From assembly GCA_030390025.1 (NCBI GenBank), contig CM059433.1:12464001-12528000 (forward strand): a stretch of DNA of 64,000 nucleotides, read 5' to 3'. Source of the stretch: Squalus acanthias. Its lineage: Eukaryota. Position 1 is the first letter of the stretch, and every line of letters begins with the position of its first letter. Under the pieces are notes generated by a model. The model had not been told where the DNA came from. It saw only the letters and a list, made by a program, of their open reading frames with translations, and did not search any database. Below are positions 1 to 12,483 of this stretch, piece by piece. The translations under genes and the position numbers were made by a program.

Positions 1-495
1 TACCCTCGCAAAGCCCAGAGCACGGTCACGCTGCTTGTCTGGGGTCATAGGGAAAGAGATGAAGTCTCGTCTCCTTCTGAAGAGGGCATTGGTGACCTGC
101 CGGATGCAGCGATGCACCGCAAACTGGGAGATATTGGCGAGGTCCCCAACAGCAGCTTGGAATGAGCCAGTGGCGTAGAAGTTCAAAGCCACTGTGACCT
201 TCACTGCCACCGACAGAGACGTCCTGGACCTCAGCTGAGGCTGCAGATCTGGCTGCAGCAGGTGGCAGAGCTCAGTGACCACCTCCTTGCTGAATCGCAG
301 CCTTCGCAAACACAGCTCCTCGGACATATGGATGTAGGAGAGCTGTTCACGATATACCCTGGGAGGGTAAGCTCTCCTGTACATGCGCCTGATGGCCCTC
401 CTCCGTCTGGCCATCATTGCCACTCTCTGTCTGCGTCTCTGTATCCTCCGATTCAGCTGGAGCAGGACGACGCCCCCAATCATTGCAGCCCCCAT
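1..495 (-). CDS. PIF/Harbinger (HARBI1-like) transposase, N-terminal part, runs off the window edge
   Basis: Manual translation from ATG at 495: MGAAM...RRAYPPRVYREQLSY..LCLRRLRFSKEVVTELCHLLQPDL..LSVAVKVTVALNFYATGSFQAAVGDLANISQFAVHRCIRQVT..ALGFARV. Open to base 1 and clearly homologous to the 54624 transposase. Confidence 0.9.
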   Translation of the reverse strand, partial: MGAAMIGGVVLLQLNRRIQRRRQRVAMMARRRRAIRRMYRRAYPPRVYREQLSYIHMSEELCLRRLRFSKEVVTELCHLLQPDLQPQLRSRTSLSVAVKVTVALNFYATGSFQAAVGDLANISQFAVHRCIRQVTNALFRRRRDFISFPMTPDKQRDRALGFARV

Positions 496-1006
496 ATTCT
501 CTTTGCCAGAAAAGTAATGAGGTACAGCAACTAAAGTAGCAACAAAGTTAGGATGAATAGGCAAAACTACCTCACAAAGCGTTGAGTCAATGTAGAAGTC
601 TCTCTCTCTCTCTCTCCGAATCTCTCTCTCTCTCTCAGAACGAGTGGTGCATAAATGTCGACCACAGAAAAAGACAGGAAGAGGCCCCCTTTAAATAGCG
701 CCCCCCCCAGCCCCACACCGATTGATAGCGTTCCAGTCTTCCGGTCGTTGGAAGCGCCAGGCGGTAAGGCAGGGGGCGCCACTCAATTTCCGCTCCGGGG
801 CGCCCCAAGGGCGTTGCACCATGGAATGACGTCATAATCTGCGCGCGCAGGTGGTCGCAGCGGTAAGTTTTAGCGCCGCCGCACAATCTCAAGTTAAGTT
901 CTCGAGCGGCGCAAACATCGCTGCGCCCGGGCGTTAGCGGCTTAACGCCCCATTAGCGCCCTCTTAAGGCGCTAACGGGAGGCGCAACCAAGTGAATTTT
1001 TACCCC
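1..1006 (-). mobile_element. Harbinger DNA transposon, transposase-side end
   Basis: Terminal GAATTTTTACCCC (rc GGGGTAAAAATTC) ends at 1006, followed by TTG. GCGCC-rich subterminal region matches the 25108/39504/54130 elements. Confidence 0.85.
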
Positions 1007-2465
1007 TTGTTCTGGATGGATTGCATCCACACATATTAAAAGAAGTTAGGAAAGAGGTAGCAGAAGCACTATTACATATATATAAACATTCATTATAAAT
1101 GGGAATAGTGCCAGAGGACTGGCGGGCAGCTAATGTGATTCCTATATTTAAAAAGGGAGGTGGAACAAATCCAGGGAACTGTAGGCGAATTAGCTGAATG
1201 TCGGTGGTAGGAAAGATAATGGAATCCTTACTCAAAGATGTAATAGAAAAATATCTGGAAATTGAAAATATAATAAAGACTGGTCAGCACGGATTTCGAA
1301 AGGGAAGGTCATGCTTGACCAGCCTTATTGAATTATTTGAAGAAGTAACAGAAAGAATAGACAAGGATAAGACATAATATATTTGGATTTTCAAAAAGCC
1401 TTCGATAAGGTACTGTGCGGTAGAATCATGACTAAGGCTATAACATGTGGAGTCAGGGGACAAGTAGCGAGCTGGCTATGAAACAGAAAACAGAGAGTAG
1501 GGGTTAAAGGTGGTCACTCAGATTGGCAAAAGGTGGGAACTAGTGTTCCACGTGGATCGGTACTGGGATCATTGCTGTTCACCATTTACATAAACGATTT
1601 GGACTTGGAAATCGGAAGTACAATTTCAAAATTTGTGGCTGACACCAAATTGGTGGATGTAGTTAATACAGGGGAGGACTGCAACAAAATACAGGAAGAC
1701 ATTAATGAACTTGAAGAATGGGCGTGCAATTGGAAAATGAACTTCAATCTGAGGTGGTACATCTTGATAAGAATAAGGAGGCCACATACTTCTTGGAAAA
1801 TAAGTGTCTAAATGGGATAGAGGAGCAGAGGGATCTTGGGATACAGATACACAAATCACTAAAAGTAGCAATGCAGCTTAATAAGGCCATACAAAAGCAA
1901 ACATAGCACTGGGGGTCATTTCTAGAGGGATAGAATTCAAAAACAGGGAAGTTATGTTAAACTTGTATTGAACCTTGGTTAGACCACACTTGCAGTACTG
2001 TGAACAGTTCTGGTCTTCATATTATAAAAAGGATATAGAGGCACTGGAGAAAGTGCAAAAAAGATTTACTAGGATGATACCAGAACTGGGGCTATACCGA
2101 TCAGGAAAGATTGAACAGGCTGGGGCTCTTTTCTCTGGAAAAGAGAAGACTGTGAGGTGACCTGATAGAGGTCTTTAAGATTATGAAAAGGTTTGATAGG
2201 GTAGACATAGAGAAGATGTTTCCACTTGCTGGGGAGACCAGAACGAGGGGCCATAAATATAAGATAGTCACTAATAAATCCAATGGGGAATTCAGGAGAA
2301 ACTTCTTTAACCAGAGAGTGGTTAGAATGTGGAACTCGCTACCACGGGGAGTGGTTGAGGCGAATAGCATAGGTACATTTAAGGGGAAGCTAGATAAGTT
2401 CATGAAGGAGAAAGGAATAGAAGGATATGTTGATGAAGTTAGCTGAAGAAGGATGGGAGGAGGCT
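1007..2465 (+). mobile_element. CR1 LINE ORF2 (RT) 3' portion, degenerate
   Basis: ORF fragments VPRGSVLGSLLFTIYINDL..SKFVADTKL, VRPHLQYCEQFWS, RTRGHKYK..FFNQRVVRMWNSLP. Confidence 0.9.
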
Positions 2466-2477
2466 TATATGGAAAAT

Positions 2478-2665
2478 GAAAGAAAGAAAGACTTGCATTT
2501 ATATAGCGTCTTTCACGACCACCGGACGTCCCAAAGCGCTTTACAGTCAATGAAGTACTTTTTGAAGTGGAGTCGCTGTTGTAATGTGGGAAACGTGGCA
2601 GCCAATTTGTGCACAGCAAGATCCCACAAACAGCAATGTGATGATGACCCAGATAATCTGTTTTT
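2478..2665 (-). mobile_element. 3' part of Deu-domain tRNA SINE (same family as 26694)
   Basis: Reverse complement matches about 26975-27155 (aaattggctgccacgtttcccacattacaacag...gaaagacgctatataaatgcaagtc). Confidence 0.8.
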
Positions 2666-2779
2666 TGTTCTGTTGGAACATAAACACTGGCAAGGACCTG
2701 TTGTCCAAGCCACTTGCATGCCTTGCCAAAAACAGTATCTGCATGCTCATCAACTTTAGTGCAACCACAATTCCAATTA

Positions 2780-5140
2780 AACCTATAGGAACAGAGGTAG
2801 ACCAGTCAGCCCTTCAAGTCTGTTTTGCCATTCAATTTGATCATGACTGATCTGTATCTTAACTCCATTTACCCGCCTTGATACCTTTAATACACTTGCC
2901 TAACAAAAATCTATCAATCTCAGTTTTGAAATTTTCAATTGACCCCCCCAGCCTCAACAGCTTTTTGGGGGGTGAGAGTTCCAGATTTCCACCACCCTTT
3001 GTGTGAAACATAGAAACATAGAATCTAGGAGCAGGAGTAGGCCATTCGGCCCATCGAGCCTGCTCCACCATTCAATACGATCATGGCTGATCATCCAAAT
3101 CCAGTACCCTGTCCCTGCTTTAATCCCCACAGTACACATATCCCACCCTACCCCTGTAACCCCCTAACATATCCCATCCTATCCTCATAACCCCACATAT
3201 TTAATCCCCCCTAACACTAAGGGTCAATTTATCATAGCCAAATCAACCTAACCCACACATTTTTGGACTGTGGGAGGAAACCGGAGCACCCGGAGGAAAC
3301 CCACGCAGACACGGGGAGAATGTGCAAACTCCACACAGACAGTCACCCGAGGTCAGATTCGAACCCGGGTCTCTGGCGCTGTGAGGCACCAGTGCTAACC
3401 ACTATGCCACCGTGTTGCCCATGAAGAAGTGCTTCCTGACATCACCCCTAAATGGCTTAGCTCTAATTTTAAAGTTATGCCCTCTTGTTCTGGACTCCCC
3501 CCCACCCCCCCACCAGAGGAAATAGTTTTCTTGCTATCTACCCTATCTAATCTTTTAATCATCTTCAACACCTCAATTGTATCACCCCTTAATCTTCTCT
3601 ACTCGAGGGAATACAAGTCAGTGCAACGTGTGCTCATAACTTAACCATTTTAGCCACGGTATCATTCTGGTGAATCTGCGCTGCACCCCCTCCAAGGCCA
3701 ATATATCCTTCCGGAGGTGAAGTGACCAGAACTGAACGCAGTACTCCAGATGCCGTCTAACCAGACTTTGATACAAGTGAAGCATAACTTCCAACGATTT
3801 ATATAACAGCACTCTTGAGATTTAGCCTTACATTCCATTAGCCTTTTTAATTATTTTTTGTACCTGTCCACTAGTTTTTAGTGATTTATGTACTTGGATC
3901 CCTAGATCCCTCTGCGCCTCCACAGTTCCTAGCTTCTCGCCATTTAGAAAATACTCTGATCTATCTTTCTTTGGTCCAAAGTGGATGACCTCACGCTTTC
4001 CCATATCTGCCACAGTTTTGCCCACTCGCTTAATCTATCAATGTCCCTTTGGAACTTTCTGCTCCCATCTACACTACTGACTGTTCCACCTATGTTAGTG
4101 TCATCAGCAAACTTGGTTATACGGCTCTCTATTCCTTCATCTGAGTCATTGATAAATATAGTGAATAGCTGAGGCCCCAGTACAGATCCCTGGGGGACAC
4201 CATTAGTCACATCCTGCCAATTGGAGTACATGCCCATTATCCCTGCTCTCTGTCTCCTACCTCCTAACTACTTGAATTCCACGCGCTCTCATTTTTGCTA
4301 ATAGTCACTTGTGTGGAACCTTATCGATTGCCTTCTGGAATTCCATCTAAATAACATCCATAGACATGCCATTATCTACCATGTTAGTAACCTAGTCAAA
4401 AAATTCAACTAGGTTAGTTAGAGATGAGGTACCCATTACAAATCCATGCTGGCTCTCTCTGATCAGTTCATATTTGCCCAAGTGCTCAGTCACTCTGTTC
4501 CTAATAACAGATTCGAGTAACTTCCCCATAACAGACGTAAGACTAATAGGTCTCTCAGTTCCTAGTTTATCTCTCCTACATTTCTTAAATAATGGAGTGA
4601 CATTGGCAATTTTCCAATCCAAGGGGACAACTTCTGAATCATGAGAGTTTTGAAAGATCATGACTAACGCATCAACAATTTCCTCACCTACTTCTATTAA
4701 AACCCTGGGGTGGAAACAATCAGGTCCTGGAGAGTTGTCTGTCTTCAGTCTCATTATTTTCTCCATTACTATTAAAAAAAATTATATTATAGTAAGTTCC
4801 TCCGCTTGATTTGTTTTTAGTTTTCCTTGCATCTCTGGTACTTTATCCTTGTCCTCTACTGTGAAGACCGAGACAAAGTAATTATTTAGCAAGTCTGCCA
4901 TTTCCTTATCTTCAATTATAATATCACATGCATCTGTCTTTAAGGGGCCCATATTAACCTTGGCTATCCCCTTTCTCTTAATATACTGATAAATACCTTT
5001 AGTTTTGTCATTGATATCCCTCGCAAGTTTTTCTTGTATTCCCATTTTGCAGCTCTTACTACTTTGTATCCCTTTGGTGTTCTTTATATCTCTCATAGTC
5101 TGCAGGATATCCAATATTCTTGGCATTTGTATAAGCCCTT
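2780..5140 (-). mobile_element. CR1 LINE ORF2 fragment, interrupted at 3007-3420
   Basis: KTDNSPGPDCFHPRVL, VPQGSVLGPQLFTIFINDS..KFADDT, LEYCVQFWS. Host sequence resumes across the insert (accctttgtgtgaa...atgaagaagtgc). Confidence 0.9.
3122..3420 (-). mobile_element. HE1-like tRNA-derived V-SINE, abutting a CR1 3' end (3007-3121)
   Basis: tRNA-like A/B boxes (tggcatagtgg, ggttcgaatc), then the V-domain core gtgtggagtttgcacattctccccgtgtctgcgtgggtttcctccgggtgctccggtttcctcccaca. Near-identical to the 14471 and 44291 copies. Confidence 0.85.
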
Positions 5141-5148
5141 TGTTTTAG

Positions 5149-5892
5149 GGGCTAGAAATTTGGTGCCTTAGCGCCTCCTGTTATCGCCTCCAGGGGGCAA
5201 TAACGGGGCGCTACGGTCTTACTGCCCGGGTGGGGCGATGTTACCGCCGCCTGCGAAATTCACCTGCCGGTTTGCGGCGGCGGTAACCCTTATTGCCACC
5301 CCCACCTGCGGCCGGAGATCGTGGCGTCATCTGGCCACGCATCGCCCTGGTAGTGCCCCGGTCCCGAAATTCATTTCCGTCCCCTGAAGCATCGGCGGGC
5401 GAAAACAACGCAGCTTCAGGGGACGTGAATCGGGCGACCGGCCGCTTCGGGGGGCGATGCGAGGTGGCCGAGGTAAGTAAAAAAAAAATGTACCGTTTTT
5501 GATCCGTTTTTTTTTCGCAGGGTTCCTGCCTGCGATCGATCAGCCCGGCATTCTGCGTGAGTGCCGGGCTGATCACGCGGGTTCGCCGCTCCCTTGGTGG
5601 TCCAGCTAGGCGCACTTTCTATTGCAGAGCCTGCAGCGATTGCCCTTCCCTCTAAGGGAGGGAAGGAGACTTCCAATGCGACAGCGCTGCTCGGCCCAGT
5701 GTGCAGCGCTGCTGAAGTCTCCGCCCCGCCTGCTGCCACTCGCGCTCCAAGAGGGAAGTGGAGCGCTTGATTTAGTGCGCCACCTCCCTCTGAGAGCGGG
5801 AAAACCAAATTTTTTAAAAGTTAGAAAAACATAGCGCCTGGCGCTAATTTTTCAAACTTTTAAAAGGTATCACCCCAAACAATTTGACCCCC
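5149..5892. mobile_element. Non-autonomous Harbinger (MITE), 744 bp
   Basis: TIRs GGGCTAGAAATTT / CAATTTGACCCCC; TAG duplicated at 5146-5148 and 5893-5895. Confidence 0.8.
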
Positions 5893-5925
5893 TAGATTTA
5901 TACCATCTCCCACCTCTTTTGTAGA

Positions 5926-8140
5926 CCATAGAATGATACAGCACAGAAGGAGGCTATTCGGCCCATTGTGTCTGTGTTGGCTCTTTGAAAGAGCGAACCA
6001 ATTAGTCCAACTCCCCTGCTCTTTCCCCATAGCCCTGAAAATGTTTTTCCTTCAAGTATTTATCCAATTCACTTTTGAATGTTACTATTGAATCTGCTTC
6101 CACCACCCTTTCAGGCAGAGCATTCCAGATCACAGCAACTGGCTGCGAAAAAATGTTTGCCCTCATGTCGCCTCTGGTTCTTTTGCCAACTACCTTAAAT
6201 CTGTGTCCTCTGGCTACCGACTGGAAACAGTTAATCCTTATTTTCGCCATCAAAACCGTTCAAGATTTAGAACACCTCTATCAAATCTCTTCTTAACCTT
6301 CTGCGCTCTAAGAAGAACAACCCCAGCTTCTCCAGTCTTGCCACAGAACTGAAGTCCCTCAGCCCTGGTAGCATTCTGGTAAATCTCTTCTGCAATCTTT
6401 CCGAGGCCTTCCTAAAGTGTGATGCCTTGAATTGGACACAATACTCCAGCTGGGGCCTAACCAGTGTTTTACAAAGGTTTAGCTTAACTTCCTTGCTTTT
6501 ATATTCTATGCCTCTATTAATAAAGCCAAGGATCCCGTATGCTTTTCTAACAGCCTGCTCAACCTGTGCTGCCACCTTCAAATATTGGTGTCTGTGAACT
6601 CGCAGGCCTCTCTGTTCCTGCACCCCATTAAAAATTGTACCATTTAGTATATATTGCCTTTCCTCATTCTTCTTACCAAAATGTATCACTTCACACTTTT
6701 CTGTGTTAAATTTCATCTGCCATGCGTCTGCCCATTTCATCAGTCTGTCTATGGTCCTCCTGAAGTCTGTCACTATCCTCATCATTGTTTACTACATTTC
6801 TGAGTTTTGTGTCATTTGCAAACTTTGAAATTATGCCCTGTATACCCAGGTCATTAATATATACTAAAAAGAGCAGTGGTCCTAATACTGACCCCTGGGG
6901 AATATCAATCTATACTTCCTTCCAGTCTGAAAAACAACCGTTCACCACTACTCTCAGCTTTCTGTCCCTTAGCCAATTTTGTATGCATGCTGCCTCTGTC
7001 CCTTTAATCCCATTTGCTCTAATTTTGCATACAAGTCTATTATGTGGTACTTTATCAAACGCTGTTTGAACGCCCATATACACATCATCAACCATACTAC
7101 TCTCATCAACCCTCTCCGTTACTTCATCAATGAACTCAAATCAAGTTAAGTCAAACACGATTTACCTTTAACAAATCCATGCTGACTTTCATTTATTAGC
7201 CCATACTTTTCCAAGTGCCAATTAATTTTGTCCTGGATTATTGTCTGTAATTGTCTCTAACAACCAAGGTTTTTAAATTACTCAAGTGGAGCTCTTGCCC
7301 TTTAGGGGTACGTACAGATCTTGCATTGTACCAAATACTTCTTTGAACAACTCCCACTGTTCATTTGTAGTTTTAGCCATTAACAGTTCTGCCCAGTCTA
7401 TTGTGGTCAATTTCTGCCTTGTCCCTTCAAAGTCAGCCTGACCTAAATTGAATACCTTGGTTCGTGACTCACCCTTCTCCCTCTCAAAAGTAAAATCAAA
7501 TTCAATCATATTATGGTTACTGTTAGTTAGTGAGGTGTTCCCTTACCGTTAGATAGTTGACTAATTGTGGCTCATTACTCATCACTACATCTAGTGTGGC
7601 CTGTTCTCTTGTTGGTTCAAGAACATATTGTCCCACAAAACTGTCTCAAATACACGCATGAAATTTGCTGCCTTCGGGACTTGAGCTGATCTGCTTCTCC
7701 CAGTCTACGTGGAAATTGAAATCTCTCATTATAACCACTCTGCCTTTGTAACAAGCTTCTCTGATCTCCGTATTTATGCATCCCGCTACTTTATCACTGC
7801 TATCAGGAGATCTGCAGACAATTCCTACCAAAGTCTTGCATATTTCTCTATTCCTCAATTCTACCCAGGCGTTTCTACCGCCTGTTCACTCTTACTGATC
7901 ACCCCTCTTTCTAATGCTGTAACAGTGTCCTTTATCAATATTGCTACTCCTCCTCCTTTTCCAATTTCCCTGTCCTTTCTAAAGACCTTATAATCTGGAA
8001 TATTTATCTCCCAGTTATGCCCAGCTTGGAGCCAGGTCTCAGTGATGGCCACTACATCATACCCTTTAAGCTTGATTTGTGCTTCTAATTCACTTGTTTT
8101 ATTCCTTATGTTCTGTGCCTTAGTGTAAAGAATCCTTATT
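5926..8140 (-). mobile_element. CR1 LINE ORF2 fragments (APE endonuclease and RT) with a large internal deletion near 7265
   Basis: AITETWLQ..NIPDYKVFRKDR..KGGGVAILIK (APE); AFDKVPHNRL and LVRPQLEYCVQF (RT). Confidence 0.9.
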
Positions 8141-8554
8141 TGCCCTTTTACCCCGATGCTGTTTTTCTCACGCTTTTGAACTTATGACGCTTCTTATTTT
8201 TCATCACTCCTGTTGCATTTTATCAGTTATTTTGTTATTATTTCCTATATTTTTTTTCTGAACCTGAAGTATTTATATTGCCTTTAACACTATTTATGAC
8301 CTGGTCTTTGCTCTCATCCCTTTTTCTCATCTTTAGACTATTGTCACTTTTATTCACTATACTACATGTGTGTCTTGCTGTTTCTTTTTGTCTGCATTCT
8401 CCTTGGTGCAGTTGTGCAACTTGTGACCTCTTAAATCTAGCTTTCAGCTTCTCCAGTTGCTACCTGAGTGGCAGAAGTGTATGAGTGAGCTGGATTGCTG
8501 CGTTCCACCAAGAGCCTTTCGGGACTGAGATAACTCTCGTCTCAGGGCAACTAA

Positions 8555-9398
8555 GGGGACGATTTTGCCAATGGGGGAGCGTTGGAGGCAGGACTGTTGC
8601 TTGTCGGGTTTTAGTCCCGCCTCCATCGACTTGTGGCCAACCCACGCTATTTTCCCTTGATTGACCTTGTTAAGCCTGCCCAGTGGGCTTAGCAGGCCAA
8701 TTAAGGGGAAGCTGGTTACAGAGAACGTCAGCGTATGACGTTTCATCTGTCAAAAATTTTTGACAGATGAATTGTCATCGTTTGACAGCTCTGTGAAGCT
8801 GTCAAATGCTGACATTCTCTGTTGTTTGATGAGTTCTTGTATTCAAGACTCATCAAACCTCTTTTGTGAGCAGAAATTAGATGGATGTTGCATCGGAGAA
8901 TGCAGCAGCCATCTGTCATCTCTGCCGGTGAGATGCGAGACTCTCCGCATCCCCAACTGTTGAAGCCTGCAGGAAGAAACAAAGGTAAGTAAACATTTTC
9001 TATCACTTTCCACTCACCTCACATACTCACCTCTCCACACTTGCACCCATCACTTACCTTCACAGCGCACTTTTGCACCCCTCCGACCCCCGCAGACCCA
9101 CTGCTCGCATCGCTGACCCTGGCGGGGTTTCCCAATGTCGGGAAGCCCGTGCCTCTGTTGGAAAAATGGGGATAGTCCTCTTAACTGCCTGTTAACTACC
9201 TGTTAACAGGCAGTTAAGTGGCTGTAATCCCCTTCCTGCCTCCAGGAGACGGGACCCAGCATGGGTCGGGTACCCGCCTCCTGGGAAGATGGCACGGAGG
9301 CGGGTTGGGGGGGGATGGGTACCCGCCCCCAGATTCTGCCATTTTCCCAGCAGCCCCACCTCCAAACCCGCCTCCCCAGGGCTGGCAAGATTGAGACC
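8555..9398. mobile_element. Harbinger-like MITE
   Basis: Imperfect TIRs GGGGACGATTTTGCCA / TGGCAAGATTGAGACC; TAA on both flanks. Confidence 0.55.
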
Positions 9399-9627
9399 TA
9401 AGTCTTGAGATGGACCTGCTGCAGTTTGCATTTTTGTTGCTGCAGGAAGGGGAGTCTGTCCTTGTCTCCTTTCTGCCACAAGTGCAGGCATTTGAGGAGG
9501 CTGGTGAGAGGGAATGAATCTGCTGCTATCTTGAGAGACAGCAGCACCATGTGAGTGTATCCCTCCTGTGCCACTCGAACAAGGCACTGGCTGTGAATGG
9601 TCACTCATTGGTGGGGAAGCAGACCGA

Positions 9628-9790
9628 ATGTAATCATTGAACGATAAGGGAGTCAAAGGTTATGGGGAGCGGGCAGGGAAGTGGAGTTGAGGCCAAGATC
9701 AGAGCAGCCATGATCTTATTGAATGGCGGAGCAGGCTCGAGGGGCCGAATGACCTACTCCAGCTCCTACGTCTTATGCTCTTATGTTCTT
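9628..9790 (+). mobile_element. CR1 3' end
   Basis: 3'UTR ggagcaggctcgaggggccgaatgacctactccagctcc with (cttatgyt)n tail. Confidence 0.8.
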
Positions 9791-10854
9791 ACGAAGCACT
9801 GAGAGATAGTTGCCTGTAAAGTGTCAAAGCCAGAAGAGATAGCACCCTCCACTCTGTCACCAGGCCTCTTTAGCAACAGTCTGAGCATCCATACCACAAG
9901 CTAAGACTGTCCTTAACCTCTTTGGCAGGGACCTCCACTGCAGAGTGGACTGCAGTACTGCAAATGCTTCCACCGTGGCACTGCAGATCTGAGTAGTGGG
10001 CTCCTCCAATTGACTAGTCATCTATTGCACATTCTCAGAGACGATTGGCAGTGCATATACTTACATCTGATGCTCTGCCAGCGCCTTTCTTTTAAAAGCA
10101 GAACCCATCGTGAGATCTGGGTCCTGGGGATCTTCGGTCTTCTGCAATGTCTGCGTCTTCATCTTCCACCCCCAGCTGTTCCTGTCCCCTCGTACGCTCT
10201 GCATCAGTCGGTGCACTCCCCGCTCGCTCACTCTGTAACGCCTCTCAGCTAGAGGTCTCTGGGCAGATGCTCGGCAGGGAGAGAGGGTGAGTGATGCACT
10301 TCTTCCTTCTCTGCTTCTTGTTGTTGTTGTGTCACATCTAGAGAAGGTAAAGGAGAAGAAGAAAGGTTGGAAAGGGTTACTGACGAGCAGAGTCTGCACA
10401 CGCCTTTCAGTAGAAGGAGTGACATGAGGATTTTGTGATCTAGTTTGTTGGCAGGTTATGTATGGTCCAATAGCATAAGAAAGAAAATAAGCAGAATGTC
10501 AATACAAACCTACAGTTGGCAACTCCAATTTCCTTTGCTGTCTGCCTCTCCACCAGCTGCAGTTTTACATCTTGAAGTGGGGTGAGAGGACGGAGGTAGG
10601 GGGTTCCATCACATGTATCCTATCTCTCCTCTATTATGGGCTGCCTTCTCCTTTTGGATGGATGCAAAAATTGAGGATGCCGTTTCTTGTCATGAGGTGT
10701 CTTTAGATCCATGCATTAGCAAGCAGATCATATTGGGGTGATGACGCATAACAAGCAATTACCTACCACTGGACTCAGTGAGTGTAAGGCTGTGAGTGAA
10801 GAAACACTTGTGAGTGAAGGCTGGGTGTATGAAAGGTCCTGCAAGATCTGAACA

Positions 10855-11115
10855 TTAAGACAGAGATGAGGAGAAATTTTTTCTCACAGAGGGTCATGAG
10901 TCTTTGGAACTCTCTTCCTCAGAGGGCGGTGGAAGCAGAGTCTTTGAATATTTTTAAGGCAGAGGTAGATAGATTCTTGGTAAGCAAGGGGGTGAAAGGT
11001 TATTGGGGGTAGGTGGGAATGTGGAGTAATCAGATCAGCCATGATTTATTGAATGGCGGAGCAGGCTCGAAGGGCCGAGTGGCCTACTCCTGCTCCTAAT
11101 TCGTATGTTCGTATG
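10855..11115 (+). mobile_element. CR1 3' end
   Basis: EMRRNFFSQRV..LWNSLP, then the 3'UTR and (ttcgtatg)2 tail. Confidence 0.85.
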
Positions 11116-11987
11116 AAGCACTTAAAGTCAGTGAGGGGAAGGTGATTTTAAGTGGCAAAGATATTTAGTGGATACTTGCTGCCATGGCCTCCTCCTTCCA
11201 CTGTGCCTGGGCACTGACATGAATCTTGTCATTCATATATGAAGTAATACTGGGCGGCCTGCTGGTGACGCTGTCCAGGGTGAGTATAAATACTCGGGCA
11301 TGGGCCCAGTTTGCTTAGGATATTCTTCAACAGGAACTAGTGAAGGACACAACTCGATCTCCATGTTGAAAAACAGTTGATTAAAGGTCTGTTTAACGCT
11401 TAGACCGAGTGCCTCGTAGTTTTCTTACATCAGGCAAATAGAGCATCTCTCCTTAACCTTATTTGGCCCATAAGTACTTCCACTAAAGACTGAAAATTTG
11501 GGGGCTCGGTGTCCTTCAGCAGACAACTGAGACAGTCCTCCCTTGCAAAACAAAAATGTCTCTGGATGATGCCTGGCCTTCTAAGCCCCTGCACGCATTC
11601 AGATCCCGCCACATCACACCATCGTCTGCCCCTCAAATGCTGAGCTCCAAATAGGAGCAGGAATACGGCTGGAAGCCTACTTAGAATATTTAAATGAAAC
11701 TGACACTGGAAATTTGGCGAGGGTCATCACTGGGACAGTTGGCTGGGAGAAATAATGTATGATGTCACACTGCCATTTACCGCCTCGCGTAACTATGGCC
11801 ACCTGTATTTGGGCGGGTGGTTCTGGCATCCTGTTCAAGTGATGCAGGAGACTCTGATAGCCATTAAAAATGTCCCCACTCCAGTTGCTGCCCATTCCTG
11901 CCAGAATACTGGTGAAAGAGAAATGTGCCTGGTAGGCTTTCTCATCTAGCCACCGAAAGACAGTGGCCATCATCAGGATTCCAGTCA

Positions 11988-12483
11988 CCATAGAATCATA
12001 GAAGTTTACAGCACGGAAGGAGGTCATTTCGGCCCATCGTGTCCACGCCGGCCAACAAAGAGCCATCCAGCCTAATCCCACTTCCCAGCTCTTGGTCCAT
12101 AGCCCTGCAGGTTAGAGCATCCCAAGTGCACATCCAAGTACTTTTTAAATGTGGTTAGGGTTCCTGCCTCTACCGCCCTTTCAGGCAGTGAGTTCCAGAC
12201 CCCCACAACCCTCTGGGTGAAGAAATTTCCCCTCAAAACCTTCCACCAATTACTCCAAATCTGTGCCCCCTGGTTTTTGACCCCTCTGCTAAGGGAAATA
12301 GTTTCTTTCTCTCCACTCCATCTATGCCCCCCATAATCTTATACACCGCAACAAGGTCTCCCCTCAGCCTCCTCCGTTCCAAGGAAAACAAACCCAGCCT
12401 ATCCAGTCCCTCCTCACATTCAAGATTCTCTACTCCCGGCAACATCCTTGCAAATCTCCTCTGTACCCTCTCCAGTGCAACCA
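11988..12483 (-). mobile_element. CR1 3' end
   Basis: ORF 12233-12484 ALERVQRRFARMLPG..LFSLERRRLRGDL; (tctatga) tail. Confidence 0.85.
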
